Of a DNA stretch of 64,000 nucleotides, positions 23,488 through 35,472 are shown one piece after another. This DNA comes from Schizochytrium sp. TIO01 (taxonomy: Eukaryota > Protista > Bigyra: Labyrinthulomycetes), in contig SMSO01000025.1 in assembly GCA_004764695.1 (NCBI GenBank), positions 2,790,001 through 2,854,000 of the forward strand, read 5' to 3'. The position numbers and the translations under genes were made by a program. Under the pieces are notes generated by a model. It did no database searches and was not told the DNA's origin. It was given only the letters and a program-made list of their open reading frames with translations. Numbering within the stretch: position 1 is the stretch's first letter; every line of letters starts with the position of its first letter.

Positions 23488-26400
23488 CACTCACACCAAA
23501 TCGTTAGTGGAATGAAGAACTCTGGAGAAGAACTAATGTTAATGAATGAATTTGATAACTTTTCCTAAAATTAATTACCTTCTACCCACTAAGAAATTCC
23601 GATTTCAGCTTTCACTTGTAAGTTTCCCCTCTTTTTAGTTAAAGGTGATCTTTCTTTGGAAGGAAGAGACAGCGAATGCGGAAGGAGAGAGGAAGTACGA
23701 GCAGCTCAAAGAAGCTTTGATACATGCATGTAAATAGTTCAAGTTAGATGAATAGATGAATGAACAAATATTCATTCATTCATTCATTTATTTTTATTTA
23801 TTAAATTTATTTTTTACTTATTTATCTAGTGGGATCCCTGAGGGTCGGTTTCTCAACTTCCTCACCGGAGGTCGGTGTCCACGTGGGCTGCGAACTTACG
23901 CTTCCGCCACTGGTCAGTAGGCTCGGGATCCTGCGCCTTACGCTCAGTTTGAGAAGGTCACGGGCTTCTTGGCTTTACAATTTTGAGGACCTTCACAGGT
24001 TGTCTCGTGGACTTAGGCAGCATCAACTTTCCCAAATGACGATTGTTTTAAAAAGAGTGCGATATGGGGTACCTGCTAAAGCATACCGAGATACAATGCC
24101 CTTATTTATTACCTGCTATATGGCAATATGCCGCAGATAGAAGGCAGTTTTAACTGTATGCAACGAACAGTGTTGGCGTATCAGAGCTTGGGATTTTGGT
24201 TTCAAAGCATGTGTAAAATTAAAACTGATGTCCCTGATACTAAGGATTAGGTCCACTCTTTCATAGATTGAATGCTTGCGCAGGGACACAAGTCGGAGAT
24301 AGGTACCTTGGCCTTTGAAGACAACAACTTAAACTCCAGTTTTAAGACCAACTATTATAAAGTCTTGAAGGTTTACCTAGGCTAAGCCCCGGCGCAGTCT
24401 TCACACAAAGAGGGCCTCGAGGTACGTATGTATACATAGCAGATAATAAACTGTGTTCTTGATTTATAGCGACATCAAAAAGTCGGCTTATTTCTCTGTC
24501 ATACGTCATACTTTCGAACATATGGTTGAGCGAAATTTTAATACACCTAAATTTATCCATTTGTGTATAAAGATGGGTAATAATAAAATGAGGCATGAAA
24601 CCAGAGAATACGAGGCGAGCCCCCAAAAGCTGAAAATTGAGGATTTCTTCGAGTGCACCGAATGTCATCTGCGGAGAAGAAAGTCAAATTCAAGTCGTAT
24701 TCCTTGAGAAAATTAGAGACTAGACGTCTCCTCTTTAAATCCAGGAGACAATGAATTTGGCTGAGCCTTGCTCGATCTGAAATGATAATCACTAATGATC
24801 ATTTATCTTGGAGTGTCCAATCAATTACTGAGTCATCTCTCTTATGCCCAAGCGTAATCACTCTACATGATTTCTTCTTCTGTTCTAAGTAAAAACCTAA
24901 GAAAAAAAAAAAGAAAAAAAGAAAAGGTATCGATTTTTTTATATTAATTTATTCTGAAAGGTGCTAAGTAAATGGTATATATCACTTATGAACTCCTACT
25001 CACTAAAATAGTACTAGATGTAGTACTATTGTAGGTGTCACACTTTTATCAAAATCGTAACAAAACATCAATAAATGAAAAGTGTTTTGTTTTTTAGTTT
25101 CTAATTCAGTTTCAACCTGATCATTGGAGATGAAAATGGTGAACAATGAATGTATTCTGTGATCGATCGACAAATTGAACAATCCATTGACTGGTTGATT
25201 GATTATTTAAAGACGAAACTCAAGCATTCTCAAGCATTCGTCCATTCTGTGGAAAGCAGATAGGCTTAGCAGCTATTTATATGGTTCATGAAGTTCCAAA
25301 GAGCCTGCTCTCTGCTTATGAACTGAATTGACTGACCTATTTAATCAATTAAAGTGCATCATTGTCAAGCCGTCCTAAAGTTCAAGAATCGCTGCGTAAA
25401 TGATGCCAAGACCTCCCACTTTGCTTCGTACCTAGGTTGCGAAAACCATCTTGAAACTTTTGATGCAAATGCAATCAATGCATGAACACCTTCATTGCCG
25501 ATGCCTATCTTGATATCTCTTGCAAAGAACAACCAATTGACGGAGCCTACTTTACAAATTAGAAGGTATACTTTAATGGATGTTGTGCACGCTTGAGATC
25601 CTCCCGAATTTCTGAACTCCTGAGATCTGTACCTTCAACTTCTCCATCCTCCAATCTTTAACATGGCTGATGCCACAGCATGTCGATTCTATTCAATGAT
25701 GCTCACAAAGTCCTCTCTGGAAAGTGCTGTGATCCTTCATGTAAGGGCTGCAACACGTGTTTGTGGCTTGAGTTGTCGCAGCTTTGACTCTCAAAAGCGC
25801 ATTCCTTCATCTTCTGTAGGACTAACTAACTTGAGCTCGTGCAACTTCTGTGTGTACTCGAGCGACATGGAAACGCGCTGTGGGTTTGCTTTGCAATACT
25901 TTGTTCTGCTCTGCTCTGCTTGCTCGCCTTTTGCAGGGTTTCATAATCCAAGACTGCGCTGCCTCTCTCCGTGCGAGTGCTGCGGTGGGGCGCGTGCGAT
26001 GGTAAGTACCTGGTGATGACGGTGATGGTGGCGAAAGCTGACTACGCTTTTGCACCAAGGACAATTGTATTATAGGTGGGTAGGTCTCTAGGTAGGACTG
26101 CCTTCATCAGCTATGATGCCGTTTTATACTTAATTTTAAAATTAATTGCTCAATCACTTTTGAAATAGATCATGTGATATGATATAAATAAAATAATGAT
26201 AAATAAACAAATTAGTAAAATTAGAGAAATATGAATAAAGTGATAGAGTGAAAGTAGAAAATAGAAAAGAGGTACCTAGGCCTACATAGTAAAAACAAAC
26301 GAACTGATAAGCTAAGTATTATTATAACAGAGAACGAGACCAACTCGAAGAAACATCAGGGAAAGCTCGAGGAAAGAGTGGAGAAGAAGGCCGACGCTCG

Positions 26401-26923
26401 CAAAGAAGCAAAGAAGACTGACATCGATGGGTCTTAGCTGTTCAGGGACTTCTCAGAGATCCCACTTTGAAGTGGAGTCCATTGGAGATCTTGGCACGAC
26501 AGTTTTGCACAGGTGGGTCAGGTGTAAAAATTGAAATCAGTGAGTACTAGGATTAACCTTAGTTGCGCGGCTAGCGCCAGACTTAGTATTTTCAAGTCGA
26601 ACTTGAGCTATTATTATAGGGAAAAGAACAAACATAGTTACAGGGATCATATAGGAAATATAATTCTGATTCGTACAATAATGAACTCGCTGATTACGGC
26701 ATTATGCCATTCGGGTCCACAATAATTGTGCAGTGGGGTTCTTTCCTATGGGTTTACAAGCATAGTCGCAGTGAGACGCCAACATCGCAAGCCAATCCGT
26801 GTGCAGAACTAGTTTTGATCAATCGAACCAACACAAGTTTGCAGAATGCAGCACGCGCCTCCACTGAGGCTAACCTGAAGACGGAGACCGGCTGTTTCAC
26901 GGTCATCATTACTATTTAACCAT

Positions 26924-26965
26924 ATCATTATCATTATCATCATCATCATCATCATCATCATCATT
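26924..26965. repeat. (ATC)n microsatellite
   Basis: Visible trinucleotide run. Confidence 0.9.
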
Positions 26966-27861
26966 AAGAACGGAGAGGAACTCGTTCTTGTGCTATGTTG
27001 TGACATTTACTATGGCTCACGATAAGCTTTGGGTTCTTTGCCAAGATCTCAAGCTTGGCCCGTGGCCTTCAAAAACTTCTGGATGAGTCGACATCAAACC
27101 TTTCAAGTAAGCCTTGAGGTAGGTATGCAGTAGAGCAGTTCTAAGCCCTTGAAGGTGGGTGTGGACGCGGAAGCTGTCTTTTACAGCAAAACCTAGAGCT
27201 GGAGCATAAAACTACCTTAAGTTGTGGTGTGATGGTGGCTCGCTGATGTAAAAAGCAAGGCAAAACAAACCTGAAGAAAAAGATGATTCCGAAGAAACAC
27301 GAACTCAGCTCGAGCAAATTGACTCCTTTCCTAGCTTTAAACTAGGTACCTAAACTGCATTAGATAGAAAGAACTCCACACTCTCACTAGCCAAAACATA
27401 GAGACAGAAAATATCAGTCTTGTAGATTCCATTGCTTGTATATAACTCTGCGCTGCACTACATGCAATTTGATGCTCATTGCCTTTGAAGTTTAAATTGT
27501 CGGTGCAAGAAATATTCGATCCAGGCTGAAGTATAAACTTGCGTCACGGCTTTAAGTTTATAGTGGGAATTGTGCAAGCTTCAATATTGAAGGAATTTTT
27601 AAATATGGCTCTTTAAAATAAGGCATAGATTAAAGATCTTTACGATTTGGTTTGCAATTTGTACTTCGGTACTAATGAAGCAATGAAACGTCTTCAATCA
27701 ATTGTCGAGATCTTAAAAATATAAGGTACAAACATATGCAACTCCAATGTTCGAACGATGGGTTAAATACATTGATTTGGCAAATGTGACTTTCATTTCT
27801 TATAAAAGTATACTAAATTAACAACCTTCGGAATGAATTAGGATGACTTTACTCGGCCTTC

Positions 27862-29229
27862 TTACTCAATTTGAGGAGGGTGAATCTCCAGTGACGGGTG
27901 AGTCAAAGTCAGTCCCTCATGATTAGCTTGATGGGTCTGTGGGATATATTGGTGGGCTTGAGCGAAAGAATAAGCTTGATAGCTATGGCTTTGGCAATAT
28001 TTAGGTCTTCCAACTTTTGGGCAGCCCTGCACTTGACATTGCTTAAATTCACTATGCGTCGCACATTTACCAAATTTGTCAATAGCAGACTTTGAGCATC
28101 CAGACGTTGTGCACCGGCGTCCACCACCGTGCCCAATACACCGACCGGATTTGCTTTCGCGTGCAAACCGCGTGCAGCCGTCCACCACGCATCTTTGCCT
28201 TTCTGTTCGACGGCGCTTGGCTTGGCTTGCACTAGGATCTGATCCACTTGTCGGCTTCTGGGATCGTGCGCGCTGCAACGAAGCCCACCGAGTTTGTGAA
28301 AATGGATAGGTACTACCGTGCAGGTAGCATTTGCTTTTACCATCCACTCGAGCAGGTGCACGCTCAATGCATCCAGGCTCAACGCAAGATCCAAAACGAA
28401 AATGTGCTATGCAATAGTGGGTTCCGTGCTGAGCAAATTTTTCGCATCCGCTCTCGTCGGCGCATTTGCGTCGATGTACTGGTGCACCGGATTGCTCTTC
28501 TGGAGTTCCACGCTGGTGTTTCCGGCAATACTCGCTGGGTGTTCGTGCAGAAGTAGAACATCCTTTGACAATGCAGCGCCTACCACCTCCATGGGCTTTA
28601 CAAAAACCGGGGGTTGCTAGATTTCTTCGCGAATCTGCTGATTGTCTTGTGCACCCACGCACAGCACATCGGCGACCTCCACCATGTGCAATGCATCTTC
28701 TCGTCAAAGTCTCGCGAGCATAAGCTGTACACCCTTCATAAGTGCAATAGCGTTGCCGTGATTTCTTTGGAGGATTGCTGATGTTGATTTCTTGACGATT
28801 GGTTTGTTTTAGCGAAGTATCGTTGATGTGTGCATGGCTTTGACTTTGACTTTGACTTTGACTTTGACTGTGACTTTGTTCATCTTGGCACTGATCACCT
28901 TGATTCTCGGGCACATCCGAAGAGAAAAAGTTTGCATGATCAAAGTCCTCCTGATGATAGTATGATGAGTTTGCGTGTGGGTTATCATCAAAGCCAAAAT
29001 CATGCAAAGGCATTAAGCTAGCTGGTACTCCTCCCCATACAGCAACGGTACCATGGTGCGGCCGTGCTCGCTGGTGGATTGGCGAAAACTCGCGCTCAAA
29101 GAGCTGTGTATCAGACGTCGACAAACTGAAACTCGCAACCGGAAAGCCATCACCAACATCATTAAAGGGCGCCTCTCTTTGTCTCTTGTTGCCCGCAAAG
29201 GGAGTACCAACCTCAGTATTTCTGTTCAT
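27862..29229 (-). CDS. WRKY19-like HGGG-repeat zinc-finger protein (about 8 Cys/His repeats, several degenerate); 5' end uncertain
   Basis: Repeats such as CTYEGC..CIAHGGGRRC, CKAHGGGRRC, CIGHGGGRRC; KRRR basic patch; first in-frame ATG at 29229 (track start 29406 is GTG); SQ repeat encoded by a (GACTTT)n run. Confidence 0.8.
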   Translation of the reverse strand: MNRNTEVGTPFAGNKRQREAPFNDVGDGFPVASFSLSTSDTQLFEREFSPIHQRARPHHGTVAVWGGVPASLMPLHDFGFDDNPHANSSYYHQEDFDHANFFSSDVPENQGDQCQDEQSHSQSQSQSQSQSHAHINDTSLKQTNRQEINISNPPKKSRQRYCTYEGCTAYARETLTRRCIAHGGGRRCAVRGCTRQSADSRRNLATPGFCKAHGGGRRCIVKGCSTSARTPSEYCRKHQRGTPEEQSGAPVHRRKCADESGCEKFAQHGTHYCIAHFRFGSCVEPGCIERAPARVDGKSKCYLHGSTYPFSQTRWASLQRARSQKPTSGSDPSASQAKRRRTERQRCVVDGCTRFARESKSGRCIGHGGGRRCTTSGCSKSAIDKFGKCATHSEFKQCQVQGCPKVGRPKYCQSHSYQAYSFAQAHQYIPQTHQANHEGLTLTHPSLEIHPPQIE

Positions 29230-30466
29230 AGGGCCAGCTTGCCTCAAATAATACAACACCAACGCAACTATTGCAATTATACAGTTCTTAAGCCACGACG
29301 GAGCTTCCTCGCTTCTTTTCTTATCAACTGCACCCGCTCTTGTGTCTGTCCCTCCTATCGCACGCGGCCGCGTGCGATGTTGCTCCCGATAAGCGTTTGG
29401 GCCCACCGCGGCGCTCTCCTTGCTGGTCTTTCCAACTGATTTTGCTTAACTCACATTACAGATTAAGAGGCATCTATTGATATACCTACCTGCCCTACTA
29501 CCTAATAGAAAGGTGCTGGTAGCGTGATAGTATGAGACACTAAAATAATGAGAATGATCTTCAACGTTTGGCTGTGTCGTAAATGTTGGTATCTTCATCG
29601 CTTCAACAAACACGCTGGAGCGACTTCGGCACATACTAAAGAGATATATATTGACACAATTGTTTGGAGGTAGGTACTAGTTTTGGTTATTTCTCTTTCG
29701 AAGAACCACCCATATGAGTTTCAAAGTTTATAATATTTTTTTTTATTTTTTTAAAGCTTCTACACGTCATGTAGGTAGGTTTAGGGAAGAAGTAGGTATG
29801 TTTTAAAATTTATAAGGTCATATCTTGTGTTCGAAGAATTTGATGGAAAGGTCATGTTGCCGTTGAAGGGGGCATGCAGGCTAAGAAACATGCGCTCTCA
29901 AGACAGGGTTTTGTGAGGTTGTCCTGGCCCTCTGGGCTATTTCCATACAAGTTGTCCAAGGTGGACGCTCGAAATTCTGTTTTGCTGGGTTAGGTAATTT
30001 GACATAAAGACTTATAAGAAGACTAAGGACTAGAAATCAGAAAATTCTCAATATTGCAGGCCATTAAAACCATCATCCTGCCGCTCTTTGATTCTGCACG
30101 CTATGTACTGCTTTTTAATTGTATTTCAGTTACAAAGAAAGAAGCCCGGACGACTGCAAGGATTAACTTCATGTAGTTATACCATGAAAACTATGAGAAG
30201 GAAAGAGAAGGAAAGAAGATGATCAGATCGCCTTGGTAAAATGATGCTGTTTCTGAATAGGAGTTGATAGCGTCGAGAACCACGATTAATTTAATGACAT
30301 AATTAGAATATGATTAATTTGAAAGGCAAAGAAAGTGAAAACACATACACAAAGAAATACAGGGAACAGCGCCATGACTGGTTAGGCCTACTTTAGAATA
30401 CTATGAGCAATTAATAACGTTCTCACCGGATGTACAGATATAAAGATGTCTCAGGCAAAGTGACTT

Positions 30467-32494
30467 TTACGATGCATAATGGTGCGCCGGTTCAGTATCA
30501 TCTACAACCATTGCATGGTGGTGCTGGAGATCGTGTGGACCGTGATGGAGGTCTTCTTCGACATGGCTTACTGCGTATTGGCGTTCCATGTCATTGTTCA
30601 TGGGGTTACTGCGCTGTGTATGATTACGGCAAACATTCAAGCCTCCACGAGCTGCTTTAGTGCAGTCTCTGAATTGGCACCGACGTCCTCCGCCGTGAGC
30701 TACACAATACAGAGTTGGGGCGACTGCTGCTTTCGTACAGTCAATCTGTTGACATCTCTTCCCTCCACCATGTGCTATGCAATGATCTGATCCACCGCGA
30801 GAAGCCTTTTCGCAACCTGGCGCGATGCAGGTCTTGCCACCTCCATGCTGACGGCAGCAAGCCTTTGCACCCTGAGCCGTGCGTTTACACCCCTCCACGG
30901 CACACCTTCGGCCACCTCCATGCGCTTTACAAAGGTGATCCTTCCCAGGTGCAGTACCTCCTTCAGCGCTACGTACACAACCGGGATGCTGGCATCTGTG
31001 CCCGCCCCCATGTGCCTTACACATATTTCCAGGGGTTTGCGCAGCTTTGCTACATCCATCAGGATACATGCACCGTTTGCCGCCACCATGTGATATACAA
31101 TACTTTGTACGACCCACCGCCGCGCGATTGCAGTTCTCTACGCTGCACCTTCGGCCGCCGCCATGAGTGATGCAGACCTTAGAGCCACCTCTAGCGGCCT
31201 TATCGCAGCCATCTACTTCGCAGCGCCGGCCACCCCCATGGCTCTTACACAGCTGCGGAGAACCAGACTCTGCGCCGCGGTCACAGCCATCATGTTGGCA
31301 CCTGCGGCCGCCCCCATGTCGAATACAGAGTTGATTCGCTCCTCGTGCATTCCGTGTGCAATACGGTTCCTGACAAATGCGCTTACGAGACCGAATTCGA
31401 GACCCTGTGAGAAGTTCGTCGTCGCGCCCTACGAGACCGACATTTTGAGCATTTCCTAGACCGAGAGCACCAAGATGAACCGCCCCTGCCACAGGGTGAC
31501 TAGCTGTAGCAGCTGCAGCGGCGGCCTCATGCTGCTCAGCAGCTTCTGCAGCTGCTGCTGCATCTTCATCATCTTCCTGGTTTGAGTCTTCGTGGTGATG
31601 AGCTTGATCTTCTTCGAGTTGATGCGATTGGTCTCCATGGAGATGGCCTTGGTCGTCTGCATGATGGTCCTGTCCATGCCCATCGTGTACAACAACAGCA
31701 TGTCCAATAACATCCTTATACGCCCTACTTTGCATGTGTCGGTGATGTTCCTCTTCCTCATCGAGGCCATCTCCTACATCTTGGTGCCCAACGTCTTGGT
31801 GCCCAACGTCTTGGTGCCCGACGTCTTGGTGCCCGACGTCTTGGTGTCCAACATCCTGGTGCTCAATATCCTGGTGCCCAACATCCTGATGTCCAACATC
31901 TTGATGTCCAACATCTTGATGTCCAACATCTTGATGTCCAATGTCTTGGTGATGATGATGGTGATGGTGGTGGTGGTGGTGATGATGGTGATGGAGCCCG
32001 TTTGAAATGACACTCTCGCCAAGTTCATGATGTCCTACGACAGTTTCGTCAAGAACTAAATGATCTCCGCCACCATGATGTCCTTCTAAGTCCCTTCCTT
32101 CGTGTTCTCTGTGAAGATGTTGAGGAGGTCTGCCGCCAACAAGAACACCATCTAGTTCGCTAAGTCTGCGTTTATCGCCAATCTGCGGCTCTTGAAGGCC
32201 CACGTGGTGGCCTACGCCGACATCCACATTTACGTTGACACCGTTCAGATCGGAAGCTCCAAGATGAGCAGATGAGAGGTGCCCTGCTCCAAGTTCGTCA
32301 CTGTGTGTGTGATGGTGCTGTTCGAGGTCGTCCTGGTTGTGGTGGTCGGTCATGTGCTGGGGGTGGAGGGCTACATGGTGATCAGTTTCGTCCTCGTCCT
32401 GGCCGACCGTACCATCTGGTCCGCCGTCGACGTCGTCAACCACGCCCACATCGTGGTCATCGTGGTCATCGTGGTCATCGTGATCATCCATCAT
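30467..32494 (-). CDS. WRKY19-like HGGG-repeat zinc-finger protein (10 repeats) with His/Asp-rich N-terminal half
   Basis: Nine CxxHGGG[RKH][RT]C junctions plus terminal CRNH; His15 tract; (HQDVG)12; ATG ATG at 32494. Confidence 0.88.
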   Translation of the reverse strand: MMDDHDDHDDHDDHDVGVVDDVDGGPDGTVGQDEDETDHHVALHPQHMTDHHNQDDLEQHHHTHSDELGAGHLSSAHLGASDLNGVNVNVDVGVGHHVGLQEPQIGDKRRLSELDGVLVGGRPPQHLHREHEGRDLEGHHGGGDHLVLDETVVGHHELGESVISNGLHHHHHHHHHHHHHHHQDIGHQDVGHQDVGHQDVGHQDVGHQDIEHQDVGHQDVGHQDVGHQDVGHQDVGHQDVGDGLDEEEEHHRHMQSRAYKDVIGHAVVVHDGHGQDHHADDQGHLHGDQSHQLEEDQAHHHEDSNQEDDEDAAAAAEAAEQHEAAAAAATASHPVAGAVHLGALGLGNAQNVGLVGRDDELLTGSRIRSRKRICQEPYCTRNARGANQLCIRHGGGRRCQHDGCDRGAESGSPQLCKSHGGGRRCEVDGCDKAARGGSKVCITHGGGRRCSVENCNRAAVGRTKYCISHGGGKRCMYPDGCSKAAQTPGNMCKAHGGGHRCQHPGCVRSAEGGTAPGKDHLCKAHGGGRRCAVEGCKRTAQGAKACCRQHGGGKTCIAPGCEKASRGGSDHCIAHGGGKRCQQIDCTKAAVAPTLYCVAHGGGRRCQFRDCTKAARGGLNVCRNHTQRSNPMNNDMERQYAVSHVEEDLHHGPHDLQHHHAMVVDDTEPAHHYAS
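31772..31951 (-). repeat. Coding minisatellite, 12 x 15 nt, encoding (HQDVG)12
   Basis: Counted 12 units of consensus yCCAACrTCyTGrTG on the + strand; directly followed by the poly-His codon run 31952-31993. Confidence 0.93.
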
Positions 32495-33421
32495 CCTGCA
32501 CCAACCAGCCACGCGCCCACGCACGCCTCCGCAGTGCGCTCACCTACCCCCTCGTTTCTCTCTCTTTGGTTGTAGTTTGCTCTTTGTCACTAATCAATTT
32601 CCTTATTCATGCTTTCATTAATTTCTTTCTTTATTTTCCATGTATGTTCATATAATCACTATGATCACTAGGTGTACCATAAGTTTTGTTCATACATAGT
32701 TATTTTTCCATTACTTGCTTTTAGGTAACTTCTTTTATTTCCTTTTATTTTTCAAAGTGGCTAGATCCTAGTAGCGCATTACTATACGAGAAGAAAAAGG
32801 TCTTATTGACTAACTAATCGTTTCTCAGGACCACAATGGCTGATTTGAGTTCCGACGGAATAAAAGTAAATTTGATCGTGCAAGAACATAGATACAATGA
32901 TGATTGGGGATGATGATTACAAGGTCTAAACCAGGGACCGCTGAGCATTGAGTCTTAATATAAAGCTCTAAAGTAGGGAATGTTATGAAGGATTGATTGT
33001 TCTATGTGCGAGAAGGGCGAGAGTTGTACTCGAGCGAGCTTGCTGAAGTGCAAAACATCAAACTACCTTGGTGTGATTTCTGACCCAGATAAATAAACAT
33101 CGCATCCAATTTTCAGACCTCTGAACTACCTGTTGAAGAAGCCAGCATCTTTCTTTTGCTCCAATAAACAAAAGTAGAACCGAGAAACAAATAACTAGCA
33201 TAATTTCGGTTGGGTTCCTCCTTGCTCAAACGAATTGGCAGTTCATAATTGTCTACAAAATATATGTATCAGAACTTGGATTTGACAAGTCATAGAAACA
33301 CTTCCAGATGAACTCCCAACATAGTATGTGGCGAAGAGGGATTAATGCATAAAGGCGAGCGAAAGAAGGCAATACTTTGTTGGTAAGTGGGGTACGTTTA
33401 TTTATTATGGGTAGGGTATGA

Positions 33422-34600
33422 TTATACTTTGCTGTAGTCAAGCTTGGTCTCGAGCTTCTTCAGCTCAGCCATCTTACGGACAGCTTTCATGAAATCAGTC
33501 TCCACAATGTAGGAGCGGTCGTCACGGATGGCAAAAAGACCGGCCTCGGTCACAACGTTACGCAAATCAGCGCCGTTAAAGCCATCGGCAATCTTTACAA
33601 CAGACTCATAGTCAATCTCGCCGCGCTTGGCGACCTTGGCAGAGTGAATCTTGAGAATCTCAATGCGCGAAGCTTCGTTAGGGAGAGGAATCTCGATCTT
33701 ACGATCCAGACGACCAGGGCGCAATAATGCGGGATCAAGAATATCCGGTCTGTTGGTAGCCATCACAACCTTGACCTTGCCAAGGGTGTCAAAACCATCG
33801 AGCTGGTTGAGAAGCTCCATGAGGGTACGCTGGATTTCACGATCAGCAGATGTACCTTCGGAGAAACGGCGGCCACCAATGGCATCAATCTCATCAAAGA
33901 ACATGACACTAGGTTCGTGATCACGTGCGTAGTTGAACATTTCGCGAATGAGGCGAGCACTTTCTCCAATGTACTTATCCACAACACCACTGGCCACACA
34001 GGAAATAAAGGTGGCCTGCAAGTTGCAGGCAAGGGCTCTTGCAAGAAGAGTCTTGCCTGTACCAGGGGGTCCATACAGCAAGACACCCTTTGGTGGCTTA
34101 ATGCCAACACGAGTGAAAAGATCTGGGTTGGTCAAAGGAAGCTCAATGGTCTCACGCATCTTGCGAATTTCCTCATTCAGACCACCGACATCGGTGTAAG
34201 AAATGGAACCAGGTTCATCAGCGATCATAGTGTACACACCAGGGTCCACCTCACGCGGGAGAGCCCGCATGATCGTCAAAGTAGTCATGTCGAGCGAAAC
34301 ACGCGTGCCGGGAATCAGCTTTGCCTTATCAACCTTCTTGCGGACTCCAACAACGTAGCGGGGCCCACTTGAGGCCTTAACAATGTAGCGTTCGTCACCA
34401 AGCTCCTTGAGGACCTCACCAATGATCTGACCCACACTCTGAAGAGCCTTGAGGTCATCCTCTGTCTTTTCGTAATCCTTGGTGATCTCCTTTAGCTTCG
34501 TGCGCATAGCCTTGACACTTGATTCCATCTCACGATGCTTCATGATCGCCCTCCTGTACTCATCAAGGACCTCATTGCGCTCCTGATCTGCAGAAACCAT
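33422..34600 (-). CDS. RPT4: 26S proteasome AAA-ATPase subunit RPT4 (PSMC6)
   Basis: [73 protein letters not shown]-terminal KLDYSKV. Confidence 0.97.
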   Translation of the reverse strand: MVSADQERNEVLDEYRRAIMKHREMESSVKAMRTKLKEITKDYEKTEDDLKALQSVGQIIGEVLKELGDERYIVKASSGPRYVVGVRKKVDKAKLIPGTRVSLDMTTLTIMRALPREVDPGVYTMIADEPGSISYTDVGGLNEEIRKMRETIELPLTNPDLFTRVGIKPPKGVLLYGPPGTGKTLLARALACNLQATFISCVASGVVDKYIGESARLIREMFNYARDHEPSVMFFDEIDAIGGRRFSEGTSADREIQRTLMELLNQLDGFDTLGKVKVVMATNRPDILDPALLRPGRLDRKIEIPLPNEASRIEILKIHSAKVAKRGEIDYESVVKIADGFNGADLRNVVTEAGLFAIRDDRSYIVETDFMKAVRKMAELKKLETKLDYSKV

Positions 34601-35472
34601 CTTGTAGGATTCAAATGTATCTACCTCAACTTCTGTCTCTACAGAGTTTCACGAGCTACAAGAATGCAATGCAAATGCAGCGAAGATCTATCAAATTATT
34701 GATCCCTGCGTAGAGTAAGATCCAGTTTTTCTGGACAGAGCAGACTTAAAACTAAGTCACCAAGAGCTCTTCAGCCGATGTCACTGCCCGATTTGCGGAA
34801 TCTCCGCGTAAAAGGTCCAAAAGCCGTCCCTGAAGGCACAAGTGCCTCTTCAGTAGCCCTTGATAGGCTATCGATATCTCTCCTTAAAACCTCGCAGCCG
34901 CCCTCGCGCACGCTGCTCGCTTCGGATTTGATGCGCGCCGTTGTGGCTTCTCCGGCAAAGGAGATGGAAAAGCAGGCGGCGAAGCTTCGACGGACTCTCT
35001 AGGATATCCTTGCTTATCCTTGATTACGGTACTCCTCTATCTGCTTTGCTAATATACCCTATATATAGCTACTAGTAAAGTAGGATATAAAATGCGACTC
35101 ATTGAGAGTGCCTTTGCGTATCTATTTTTGAGGCATGATAATTGGAGGCTTCAATATTTAACAGCGGGAGAAGCAAAACAACATCATAAAAAGGATGAGG
35201 TGCAAGGTAATTGAACAAAAATTTCATTGTTCTAGTTAAGTTGTGATGATATGATATCTTACCGCAGAAGTCGAATTGAAGAAAAGTACTTGCTTGGTAA
35301 ATTAAGGAAAACAAAAACCGTGATCAAGTACAGAAAATATTGACTACGACTACAAATTTATCTATCAAATTTCATGCATGCATTTAATAATGCGTTGGTC
35401 GCGCATGATTTAGCTATAATATCAAGAATCTTGTTATTGGAAAGAGTGTAATCCCACTGCTGCGGAATAAAA

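Noticed and set aside
22425-23507. 360-aa plus-strand ORF
   Set aside because: Antisense to the GT34 gene and ends in a microsatellite (FIHS repeats)
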